Source: Rhizodiscina lignyota
Taxonomy: Eukaryota
Direction: 5' to 3'
Assembly: GCA_010015805.1 (NCBI GenBank)
Contig: ML978124.1
Location: 1,054,001 to 1,118,000, forward strand
DNA: 64,000 nt
A program made the position numbers and the translations under genes. Shown here one piece after another: positions 12,922 through 23,997 of the stretch. The notes beneath the pieces were generated by a model, which worked only from the letters and a program-made list of their open reading frames with translations, made no database searches and was not told where the DNA came from. Each line of letters starts with the position of its first letter. Within the stretch, counting starts at the first letter, position 1.

Positions 12922-14354
12922 ATAGCGAGCATCGGTTTTCAGAGAGTTCCCGGGCGTCTTAGGAGGGATTTATGGGGGAGGCGTATACCAAGATATACCT
13001 ACGTGCGTACCAATCGAGCACACCAATTTCCATTTCTGCTTTCAGACCTGAGTACACCCGTTTTAAACTGAAGCAATTAGTAAGTAATCCTGAGCTGTGG
13101 CACAGCAGCCCTGCGCACTCCCACATCAAACTGAACAGCCCTGAACTCGTCTGAGCCCCTATTACTCACGCCTGATACGGCAGAAGGAATTACCAACAGC
13201 TGATCTGAGTATATGAGAAACTGGGGCAAGACAGTTCACGTCAACGCTGTTCACAAGCAAGTGACACCTGATGAACTTATTGCCCAGATACTGGATGAGG
13301 AATCCGGAAGAGAGTTTGCAGAAATGTTCTCATATTCGTCTGATCCGGGGTACGACGGGAGAATGGAGCTGCTCATTGCGAAAGATTTCGACAGGTATGG
13401 TTTCGCATATCATATTACAATACAGAGTAGTAGCCCACTGCCAGTTAAGGCTGGTATTTATTATCCCATGACAGGCTTAGAAGACTGGAGTACGATTTCG
13501 GTTAGGGATGATTGAATATGGGCCACAGTGTGGTTCCGCTTCACAACATCGCAATTTCATTGATTCTACAGTGGTTCCTGGTGAAATCCAGACGACTCTC
13601 AACCATAATATATCAGATCCTAGTTACATATTCTATGTGACGAGTACAACATGGAAACGCTTGTCGGAAACGCTTCAAGCAGATTCCGCTTCCAATCCCA
13701 TCTAGCACGAGCTCAAATCTAAGTGATTGAATAACAAATAGCCGCGAAAAGTCTCATCACACTTCGGCTGGGAAAATTCAATCATGCTATCTCGGCGCCG
13801 GTAGATATGTCTTCCATTAAAATGTTTCCGGAATCATTGTCTCCCGATTCACCAAGAGGGCTCGCCAACATAAGATCTTCCCCCCGGCGGCCGCGCCACC
13901 GCACATGCATACTTTAGCCCTACGGAGTACAAGGGCCTTACCGGCCACTCTGACATCTACAGGCTCTATCATGGGCAAGCACGTACCCCAATATATGGTT
14001 TATTCGAGAGAAATATCCTTGCCTTGAGCGGACACGACTACGGCCCGTTATCAATTCACCGGAAGACCCCACATAATGCCATAGACATGTCCAAAAACAC
14101 CAAATATGCCTACCACATTTCAGCTCTGACTGGCTTAATAAAAGCCCGAGTAAAGGAGATATTGCTTCATTCGGCCTTTTTCCACTTGTGATGATGGCAG
14201 CGTAGATCTCGAACTCGTCAGCTCCCTCGTTTACTTGAGCGAATTTCAACCCGAGTCCAAGGGAGTTGGAGAACTCGACTACAAATACCTTCCTTATAGA
14301 CATGCTACGCAACAAGCAGCGTGTCTGACTTGTCAAAGAGTTAAAGCTCTCACA

Positions 14355-16568
14355 ATGGCGTATTCATCGCCGTATCTCTACTTCGTAATTCTCTATGTGT
14401 TAGTTTATTATGTCAATGCTTTCAACCTCTACACGTCTCCTGCAGACGTCGGAAATAAGTCATACGATTTTGTCATAGTTGGTGGCGGTACTGCTGTTCG
14501 TGGGACCTCTTTCTCGTCATTGATCAAATTGAATGATAGCGGTAGGGATGCGTTCTTGCAGCAAGGCTCACCGAGGATCCGGGAGTTCGAGTTCTAGTCG
14601 TCGAGGCTGGTGGAGAGTAAGTCACCACTATTGATATGCAGCCCAATCGTAAGGGATGAGCTTCTCAGCTTTTCACAGTAACCATGATCCCGATGCTCTA
14701 AACACCACCATCCCGTTCCTCGCGCCGACACTTGCGAATTCCGCCGTGACTTGGAACTTCACCACAACACCCCAGCAAGAGCTTCAGAATAGATCGGTTG
14801 CGTTTGAGCGAGGCCATGTTCTAGGCGGGAGTAGCTCCGTCAGTAAGTGCCAGGATGGTATCGATCGAATGCTCGAAGTCATTGACCGTTCTTGTCTCCA
14901 GATGTTTTGGCCTATCAAAGAGGCTCCGATGAAGTTTATGATCGTTGGGCAAGAGTGGTAGAGGATGACGGCTGGGCCTGGAAAAATGTGAGAAGATATT
15001 ATCTCCGGGTATGCTGCTGTCGACTTCAATGTCTACTCCGCAAGCTGACAAGTTTACTCAGAATTCCAGAATTGTTCCTCCGGCGGATGGTCATAGTATT
15101 ACGGGCCAATTCATTCCATCTGCTCATGGAAATGGCCCTGTACAAGTCAGCTTTGATAACCGCCATGATGTATCGAACGATTTTGTGTTGGGCGCAGCAA
15201 AAATGGCGACTGATACGCATAAATTCAGACTGGATCTTAACGCAGGGAATTTCACGGGAACTAGTAAATAATCCCGATTCGTGCGTGCCATTTATTCTGA
15301 ATAATGATTTGGTAGGCTTTCTTCAGTCATCGATCGGCAGTGGAATTCGGAGCAGCTCCGCGACGGCGTATCTCGATCCCCTCCGCATCGGAAGAGAAAA
15401 CCTGGACGTCTTAATTGGTACTCGAGCTACCAAGCTTATTAGTTCGAAAACCAAAGGCAAATCTCCAAGTATCGAGGGAGTAGAGCTGGGTCAAACAAAG
15501 GGCAGTGCTTGCGTATCGGTAATGACGAAGAAAGAGGTCATTCTCTCCGCTGGCGTCATCGGAACTCCAATGATTCTCCAACTGTCAGGTATTGGACCAG
15601 CGGCCCAGCTCAAGCAACTCGGTATATCCACTCTTGTTGACATCCCTGATGTCGGAAGCAATCTCATGGACCAGCCATTCGCCGCACTGTACTGGTTTGT
15701 CAATTCCAGTCAGACGTGGGATGAATATCTCCGAAATACCACAATTGAAGCCGAGGACTTGGAAGAGTGGAAGACGAAGCACCAGGGCCTGCTTGCGGGT
15801 GCTTCCGCAGGCTCTGTTTCATACGTTAGGCTACCATCCAATGCCTCCATTTTCAAAACTGTACCTGACCCGTCTGCTGGTCTGGAATCAGCCCATGTGG
15901 AAATGCTGTATACGAACGGCTTTTCGCGATTAGGGTTAATCCCATTCCCGGATAAAGGAAACTTCATGACTGTCGAACATGTTGTTGTTAGCCCTACATC
16001 TCGTGAGTGTTTCTGCTTTACTCTCTGACGGGCAGGTATATAGAGCTAAAGTTTCTCCATGCAGGTGGTAGCGTGAGACTGAACTCGTCGGACCCTTTCG
16101 CCGCTCCGATCATCGACCCCAACTACTTGTCCAGCGAATTCGACAGGTTTGCCATGATGGCTGGGATACGGAGTACATTCGATTTTCTTAAGCTACCCGC
16201 ATTCAAAGGATTCATCGGAGAACCACTGGTCGACCTGCAGCTCGATTCCGGATCCGATGCAACGTTGCTGGGATACATCCGGAACAACACCGTGACAGTA
16301 AATCATGGCTGTGGAACAGCGCGAATGTCACCGGTTGGAGCAGACTGGGGAGTCTTAGATCCTAATCTGAAAGTGAAGAAGGTTAATGGATTGAGGGTTG
16401 TTGATGCCTCATCAATTGTAAGGATCCACTCATCATTACACTGAACGGTTCCCATTTGCTGACTTGATGTTGTAGGTCCTGATCCCAGAGACTCACATTC
16501 AAGCCCCAACTTATATCATTGCCGAGAAAGCTGCCGATATGATTAAAAGCGATTACAGGTTGAGGTAA
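14355..16568 (+). CDS. Secreted GMC oxidoreductase, aryl-alcohol oxidase-like (CAZy AA3_2), 8 exons
   Basis: Signal-peptide-like N-terminus; YDFVIVGGGTA|GCVLAARLTE, VLVVEAG, RGHVLGGSSSV|N, RSSSATAYL, KEVILSAGVIGTP, NHGCGTARM, LRVVDAS, HIQAPTYIIAEKAADMI. Seven GT-AG introns restore one open frame. Confidence 0.9.
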
Positions 16569-17046
16569 AATATGCATTGGGAACGAAGCTCCTTTTGAGA
16601 GATGTCCTTAATAGAGTGAGAACTGATACTCAGCATGGATTGTTATGTTAGAACATTAAGGAAGATAGATCTAAAGTGAGCTTATTTACTATCTCTCCTG
16701 ACAGTCCATGCCCATTAGCGTGACCCTTGGAGACACGTTGTTTGATAGCTGGCGTCTATTTTGGATGGGTTTGCAACATAAGCAATGCGGCTGATATAGT
16801 CAACTGCAAAAGACTGAACGGAAAGACCAGGGCCAGCTATTGCTGGCGGAGTCAGTCTCGTACTACGGCCGTAGAAGCGCATCTACCAGATCGGGAGTAT
16901 GCAAGAGGTGGGGAGGGTGGGTCGCGCGAGTATTTTTGGACGAAGGTAATATCGAGATGTGACATTAGGAGCGATTAATGTCTAATATGGTTCCACAAAT
17001 AGGTACTGGTACTTTTGATGCTGAGCGGATGAGAGAGCCAGGAATG

Positions 17047-18305
17047 CTACGGAGACGTTTTCTCCCACGGCGGACAAAACGCGTAAAAGAATCCATGCAC
17101 CATGCCTGCGGCAATATCCGCGATCCTACAAATACTATTGTCAGCGGAGTTTCCCATGGCCAGTTCCAATCACCTGTCTTTGGGTTGAGGGAGCACCGCA
17201 GCGGAGATGTACGGAAAAGGACAACTCACCAATGGATCCAATGGTACCCCGGAAACCTGCTCCCCACAAATGTACCAAAACACCTCGCAGGATTCATACT
17301 CGCGCCTCCAAGCCCATACCGCGTAAAGCCCGAGCCAAAGCTCAGTACTGAGAGAGAAAAGCCGACCAAAAAAGGCGCCAGCGTTGGTCCAACTGTCTGC
17401 CTCTGTCGCGGATCCAAACCGACGCCAAAAGCGAAGAAGAGCAATGTCGTGCAGAAAACGAACTCTAAAACAAAGGCATCACCGACTGGCACTACGTCGG
17501 TGAACAGCCAGCACCCGCCGACCTTGAAGTCTCGACTCCCTAAGCTCGCGCGGATGAGTAGGCCGGCGAGCGCAGCGCCGATGACCTGGGAGGCGAGGTA
17601 GAGCACCAAGCGTGGTAAGGAGCACAGGCGCGCGAAGAAGGTCGCTATGGTGATTGCAGGGTTGAGATGAGCGCCGGTTACCGCGCCGAAGCCGAAGGTG
17701 AAGAGGGTCAGGACCATGAAGTTGATGAGGCCGCCGACTAGCGGCCCGATGAAGGCAGCGTTATCGAAGGGGCCTAGTTGGGCGGTCGGTTGCGCGGGGA
17801 TGACGTTGGGAGAGGCATTGGCCCAGATGGTGATGTAGACGACCATGAGGGTACCTAGAGTATAGTTAACTTCAATGATGAAGGAGATTGGAAGCTGTAA
17901 GGTGCGTAGGACTGGTATTGTATGGAATATCAGGACTTCTACTTCGTAAAGAAACTGAATCATACCCATTCCTTCCATCACAGCAGCTTTCCAGAGCCCA
18001 GGGTACTTGAATGGCCTCAAGTCGAATTGCTCCTTCAAGCTCATCCATGGCGCTGCATCTGGACAATCCTTCAGGATGTCCGCGTTTTGAGGATCATTGC
18101 GATCGATCACAGCAGTCCCGTTGCCTCCCAAACGGCCAGCAAAAGCAGAGACACTACTCCGGTACGCGGTCGACGGATGTTGCTCGAAGCGGCCAATTGC
18201 CGCAAGGTCGCCTCTGCTCTGGTCGTTGATGTCCTTCTCGATGTCGTGATGCGGCTGCGCTGTCTGGGCCATCTCGACGTCGGACGTCACGCTCTCTTCC
18301 GACAT
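17047..18305 (-). CDS. Major intrinsic protein (aquaporin), XIP-like subfamily, about 347 aa
   Basis: Exons 18305-17966, 17854-17230 and 17125-17047. Motifs GAHLNPAITIA and GASMNPARCFG, loop-C VGGC, six hydrophobic segments. Confidence 0.88.
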
Positions 18306-18995
18306 TAGGCAAGCAAGCTGCAGGATGTGAAGTTGAACGGTAACGAAATCAGCTTGCGAGATGAGACGATGGCGCGTCTCGTTCACGGGCCGCAAGCAGG
18401 GGACGCGGATGCAGCTCGAGCAGACGCCATGTTCACGCCAACGAACCTACCGTCTGGAGAAGGAAGTGGATAAGACACAGTGCTGGGACAATGCGAGGCT
18501 TTCGGCATCGCGAGCGCGCGGACCAAGGGCGTCACGGTGGAGCTCAGGGAAGCTTTGGTAAGGGCCGTAGGCTTCTTTGTAAGCGGCTTTGTGCGCATAG
18601 ACGGCGGAACTTGGAGCAGGATGGGACGATGGCCGACTTCAGGTGCTTATTCATCTTATTCATCGACTGTCAGTTGCAGCGAGGTTATGAATAACGCGCA
18701 TTCTGGTTGGGATGCTTCTTTAGCAAGCTTCCATCTAAACAATCTGGATTCCAAAGGTTGGAGCGCGGAGTGACGATGCCTCGGAGGCGAAGATATGTAG
18801 GACGTGATGTCCGCCACGGTAGGATGATTAAGTGTTTCATTTCTCACATCTGTCAATCCACTCTTCGTTGAAGGCCACTTTTGTGATCCACCCGGTGGTG
18901 CCGAGTCTCCCATTGGCAGATTCAGCCAGAGTCGCTCTCATTCAATTGTTTCCTAATCTCTGTCGTCCTGCAATATCAAATCCAAGGCAGTCAAG

Positions 18996-20052
18996 ATGAA
19001 AGCAGTAGTAGTCACACGTAACTCACCCAGCGAAAAGACCACCATCTCCTACGACGCCGACCATGCCACGCCTTCCCCCGGACCAAACGAACTCCTCATC
19101 CGAGTCGCCGCATCGGCCATCCAACCCTCCGATTTCCTGAACGCCTCAGGGAACTTCCCCAGCACGAGCTTCCCGCGCATTCCGGGTCGCGACTTCGCCG
19201 GCACGGTCGTTGAGCCATCCTCCTCACCGCTTCATGGCAAGCAGGTGTTCGGCACCTCCGGACCAGTGCTGAGCTTCACACGTGACGGCGCACACGCAGA
19301 GTACGTCGTAGTAGACGAGAATGCGGTGGCTGAGGTGCCAAAGGGTGTGGAGCTCAAGCAGGCTGCGGTGATGGGGACGCCGTGGACGACGGCGTGTGTT
19401 GTGTTGTCGAGGGCAGGCGCAAAGGAGGGAGAGACGGTGATGGTGTTCGGGGCTGGAGGTGCGGTAGGGAGTGCAGTGGTGCAGCTAGCTAAGGGGCTAT
19501 TTGGGTGCAAGGTGCTCACCGCTGGAAGGGGAGATAAGTACGACGTTGATACGGTGAAGTATCCGGACTTGACAGTCGCAAAAGAATTGACATCCGGAAA
19601 GGGCCCGGATGTGGTGGTGGATACAACAGGCGATTTGGGGCTCATGGGTCACGGGTTGAAGCAGCTCGCTAAGGGAGGAAGACTAGGTGGTAAGAAATTT
19701 GAATTCATGCTACCTACTAATTTCGCCATATGAATTAAATAAACGCTGACAATTGTCTCTGTGATCAGTCATCACGACAGGCTCTGCCTCAGGCTCGAAA
19801 ACGACGGCCCAAAGTATCGACTTCAAGGATCTCTACCGCCTTGAGCACAGCATCGTCGGCTGCAATAGCGTGGAGCACTCCGCGTCAGAGATGGCTGCCT
19901 GGCTGCAAAAGATGGGTCCGCGCTTCGAGGCAGGCGAGTTGAAGGCGCCAGACGTCTCGCGCTACACAGAAGCGAAGCTTGAAGATGGTGTGAAGGCGTA
20001 CGAAGAGCTGGGAAAGGGGAGCAGGAACAAGTACGTGATCGTCGCAGAATGA
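18996..20052 (+). CDS. MDR-superfamily NADPH:quinone oxidoreductase-like enzyme (no catalytic Zn ligands seen), 325 aa
   Basis: PGPNELLIRVAA, PRIPGRDFAG, GAHAEY, GAGGAVGSAVVQLAK, GPDVVVD. Intron 19690-19768; TGA at 20050-20052. Confidence 0.88.
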
Positions 20053-21582
20053 TGAGGAAAAAAGAGGATATTAGGAAGCAAATACACTTGTTATTGTGTG
20101 CATACTAAGCAAGCAATTTCTGCTTGTGGACAGCAGTCCCAAAAAAAAAAGAGCCTCGAGGATATCTCGACGAATGCATGATTCCAGAACCTACTTCGTC
20201 CCTCCAGCTTCAACTGCAACCCCATGAAACGACCAACACCGTGAAAAGCCGCGCGTCGGTCCTATCACTCCGAGAATGAAGTCGGTCGAAAGGAGCGCAT
20301 GTGGCGACTGCATCGCGATACATGATCCTTATGCAGACGACATTTGCCACTGCGATGCAACGGAGTTTGTGAAGGGCGCAAGCGGCCTGCAAGCGGCCTC
20401 CGAGCACGGCGCTCGCAAGGTCGGCGTCACTGAGCCCTAGATTCTACTCTCGCGGTGAAGTAATTGGTTTCAGACCCTTTAATGTGGTCGGGGTCGGACA
20501 CCAGGTAGGTTTGGAGACGAGACCCTGATATGCGACAGACAGGACCTCAGGGACCGTCACGAGGCATGGTTCGGAGCCGACGCAACTTCAACAAAGACCC
20601 TGATCGTGCGAATTACTTGCTCAATGTAGGGAATCATGAGTTCCAGCCCTATCTTGGACATTGAAGGATGATGCTCTAAGTCCGGTGTAAGTCGTACGAA
20701 TGATCGCGCGGTGTTGATTGATGCCCGGTGACGCCGACTTCAAATCTGCATTTGCGGAGATCCCCATGTTACGGCCATTTCTCGCAGTTGATGTGAAGCA
20801 AGCTACGGTACCGAAATGGGGGCAAAGCTAGATAGGTTGTATCGTGCGAGAGTTGAATTGAGTTGATTCACAAAGGGCGTCCGCGGAAGTACCCTTGTAC
20901 ACTCACGGCCGAGCCCTGAGCGAGACCCTAACAAGAAGAGAGAAAGCTGAAGTCGAGAATAGCATTGTTGACTAATGTCCTCGTGCTCGCCGATTAGAAG
21001 CGTATACTAGTACAGGAAAGGCCGCAAGGGCATGTCGTATCGTGCATTAAAACCGCTGAAATTTGCCACCGTCTGGACAGAAAGAAAATGGTTGTACATG
21101 ATAGAATTACAAGTGTTGTACACAAATGCGATTATAGTTCCAAAACAGTGCAGGCCACGAGCAAAATACCTATTTTGGCAAACGGTGGAATTATTCAGAA
21201 TTGAAAGAAAACCAGGGAGCATGCGAGAGAGAAATCCAGCCGCTTCGTAACGTCATCATCAAAAATCATTCCGTAATCCTCCGCCGCATGCTGCGCAATA
21301 CACAAGTGCAACGAAAAATTTCCGAGCTTTTCTCTGGTCGTGCAACCTGACCCCAAACGATGCTGCCGAGACCCTGCATTACCAAGACATGAATTCGAAA
21401 GCATAATTGAGAAATTGGGGCTCGACCAGCGATCCGCCGTAAGACACCCAGAGTGTCAGCGCACCGTAGACCGTAACGCCGCGCCGGAGTACGATGCAGT
21501 GCCTAGCGGGCGCCCGTCTACAATGCCCATTCTATAAGCCAGCCCAAGCGAAATTGAATGCGAAAAGGAAAATTGTTGAGTC

Positions 21583-23853
21583 TTAGTCGTCGCCACGTCC
21601 GCCGCGCCTGCGGTGCTTGCCGGGGAAGTCAACGTCGGGGTGCACGACGCGCATGTGTCGTGTCAGCGCGTCGTTGCGCGAGAATGTCTTCTCCTCCTGA
21701 CATAAGGCACACCGCACTTTTTGCTTGCGCGCGTTGTGAATGGTATCCTCGTGTCGGGTCAGATCGTACGGGCGAGAGAAGATGGTGTTGCAGGGTTTGC
21801 CCGTCGTAGGATTGATGCGCTCGCACTTGTGAGGTCCCGCTTGGCTGTTTCGGGCGAGCAAAGCCGCTGACGTCATGCCACTCCCAACGCCTGGCGTGGT
21901 TACATGCGGCACCGTCTGTTGACTCTGCACGTTTTGCCGATGCGCTTCCCTCTTGTGCCGCTGCAGTTTTTGAGGCGTCTCGAAGCGTTGCGTGCAGCCA
22001 TGGTAGGTACACGTGTACGTGCCCGTGTCGGCGAGCGTCGACGATGGCTTGGATGCGTCCACATGATTCGAGTTGCTGCTGGATTGTGGCGGTGCCTCGC
22101 TAGCGCTCGACTCCATTGACGTGAGATGCGCTGGGAACTCAGGAGTGTCCTCAGACATGTTTCCGGTGGAGTACGAGCTATTTGAGGGGAGGGAGTGGAA
22201 TGCGCCAGGAACAGATGCAGGTGCAAAAGAAAATTGCTGCGACTGTGGAGGTGCCGTAGACGCAGTGGCGGAGTAAGACGCCGAACTTTGCCCGATCGAG
22301 CTCGGCCATGCGTGGACGCCACCAACACCCAGGCTCCCGTAAGAACTATCTGCAGTGTTGTCAAACTTGGCAGGTGTGTCGCCCTGGAAGGTGTTGCCAG
22401 AGTACGCGGAGAAGTTGCTGCCGTCGTCCTGTGGGAACAGCGGCATCTTTGCGTCTTCCTCGTTCTCCTGGTAGTCCAACACTGCGTCCTTTGGTGAGAT
22501 GGTCTTGGGCTCAATGTTCTGCTGACCAGCCATGTTGCGCCGCTGCATTGCGTTCGCCTCTGCCTCTGCCTTTTGATGCTCCCTCACTTGCTGGGCGGAC
22601 TGGAAGCGAACCTGAGGCGGCTGCTGCATGAACGGAGAGCTCTGGCGGAAGGGAGAGAGGGCACGGTAACCAGTGCTGGTCGGTGACTGAGAGCGCGCCT
22701 GGTTCGCCTGCTGTAACCTCTCGCTCATCATCGCATTGTGGTATGGTGAGAGGAGGGAGAGGTTCTTCGAGGTCTTCATGTTTTGTGACGTCGGTGGCTG
22801 TGACGTAGGCGTTGGGTTGAATAGCTCGTCTGAGTAGATGTCTGTCATTGTGCGTTCCAGCTTGGGTACTTGATTGTTGGCGCGTATTGCCATGTCTGGT
22901 TCATCATCGAAACGTAAGTATTCATCAATCCAGTCTTCCACTTTCTGGTTCAGGTTGGTCTCACCGTTAGTGGGTACTCGTAGCCCCTCCTCGAAGTCCT
23001 CTCCATTAATAGTCCGCGGAGTCGCCGGAGAATTTCGCCCAAAACTTGAAACAGATTGTCTCGTGGAGTGCGAAAATCCAGGCGCGTCCTCTTCAGTCAC
23101 CGAGTTGCCGTCTGTAAATGCATGCTTCATCGCCATGTGTGCCGCCACCGTCGAGTCGATGTTTTGGAATGGAGGATGGAAGGATGTTTGCGAGGAGGCG
23201 AGAAAGGAGTCGTGAGTAGGCGTTTGAGTAGGCGTAGGGAGGTGATTGGAGTAAATTCTCGAAGCTTCGTCAGCAGCAAACGATGACTCGGCCTTGACGA
23301 TGGACGGTGACTGCGCAGCGTTTCCGTACATAAGCTGTGGCGCGTGACCTTGGCTGAACGGAGACGCCGGGCTGTTTGATCCTGCGGAGGAATTTGACGG
23401 AACTCGCTGGTGTGGTCGGGTACGTCTGTTGAGAGCGGATGTCTGCAAGGACGAGCCAGGGATCATTTGCCCACTGCTCTCGCCGTACAGGAAGTTGTTT
23501 GCGCCCTGCGAGCCGTCGACAAGCACGGATTGTTGCGGGTAGCCAAAGGCCAGTTGTGGTTGAGGTGTGGATTGCTGTATTCTGATCGCTGGACCAGAGA
23601 AGTCGAATGCGCTCGACATGTAGTCGTCTGGGATCGCCCCAGCTGATAGCGAGTTCGCGGGCGCAAGATAGTTTGGAGATGAAGGGAAGTACTGCTGGTG
23701 AGACTGAATGTCGAGTTCGATAGGCGTCGCCGTCCTGTATGATGAGTCGTCGTAGAGCGACGATTGCTGTGATGGCGAGCGAGAAATGTCGACGTCGTAG
23801 TGGGATGAAGGGTGAACAGGCAGATGTAATGGTTGACGTCGTGACGCTAACAT
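21583..23853 (-). CDS. RPN4: Rpn4-like C2H2 zinc-finger transcription factor
   Basis: 756-aa ORF. TISPKDAVLDY; YTCTYHGC..H...H finger; GPHKCERINPTTGKPCNTIFSRPYDLTRHEDTIH; VRCALC...FSRNDALTRHMRVVH, the Rpn4-type atypical finger pair. Confidence 0.85.
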   Translation of the reverse strand: MLASRRQPLHLPVHPSSHYDVDISRSPSQQSSLYDDSSYRTATPIELDIQSHQQYFPSSPNYLAPANSLSAGAIPDDYMSSAFDFSGPAIRIQQSTPQPQLAFGYPQQSVLVDGSQGANNFLYGESSGQMIPGSSLQTSALNRRTRPHQRVPSNSSAGSNSPASPFSQGHAPQLMYGNAAQSPSIVKAESSFAADEASRIYSNHLPTPTQTPTHDSFLASSQTSFHPPFQNIDSTVAAHMAMKHAFTDGNSVTEEDAPGFSHSTRQSVSSFGRNSPATPRTINGEDFEEGLRVPTNGETNLNQKVEDWIDEYLRFDDEPDMAIRANNQVPKLERTMTDIYSDELFNPTPTSQPPTSQNMKTSKNLSLLSPYHNAMMSERLQQANQARSQSPTSTGYRALSPFRQSSPFMQQPPQVRFQSAQQVREHQKAEAEANAMQRRNMAGQQNIEPKTISPKDAVLDYQENEEDAKMPLFPQDDGSNFSAYSGNTFQGDTPAKFDNTADSSYGSLGVGGVHAWPSSIGQSSASYSATASTAPPQSQQFSFAPASVPGAFHSLPSNSSYSTGNMSEDTPEFPAHLTSMESSASEAPPQSSSNSNHVDASKPSSTLADTGTYTCTYHGCTQRFETPQKLQRHKREAHRQNVQSQQTVPHVTTPGVGSGMTSAALLARNSQAGPHKCERINPTTGKPCNTIFSRPYDLTRHEDTIHNARKQKVRCALCQEEKTFSRNDALTRHMRVVHPDVDFPGKHRRRGGRGDD

Positions 23854-23989
23854 ATCTAGTAGATGGACCCTGTCCGAGAGTAATGCAAACCGAGCGTCAG
23901 GAAGGGTTTGCCACTTCTTTTTATGTTCGGGCCGGCGGCGGTAGCGTCGGTCTTTATGGAGGGTGAGAGGAAGTCAAATTATGACGCGC

Positions 23990-23997
23990 TGACGTAA
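23990..23997. promoter_or_regulatory. CRE/ATF-like site TGACGTAA upstream of RPN4
   Basis: Exact motif about 140 bp upstream of the RPN4 ATG; function inferred only. Confidence 0.3.

Noticed and set aside
17855..17965. 37-aa insertion in the aquaporin ORF as shown in the ORF track
   Set aside because: It has a GTATGA donor, a GTTAAC branch site and a CTAG acceptor, and it interrupts TM1. Best read as an ordinary 3n intron.
20449..20520. tRNA-like D-arm text GCGGTGAAGTAATTGGTTT
   Set aside because: No T-loop GTTCRA and no acceptor stem; no tRNA was found anywhere in the window.
20925..20933. ACCCTAAC as a telomerase RNA template preceded by a hairpin
   Set aside because: An 8-nt telomeric permutation is expected several times by chance (another lies near 49877). 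There is little room downstream, and no pseudoknot or CR4/5 was identified.
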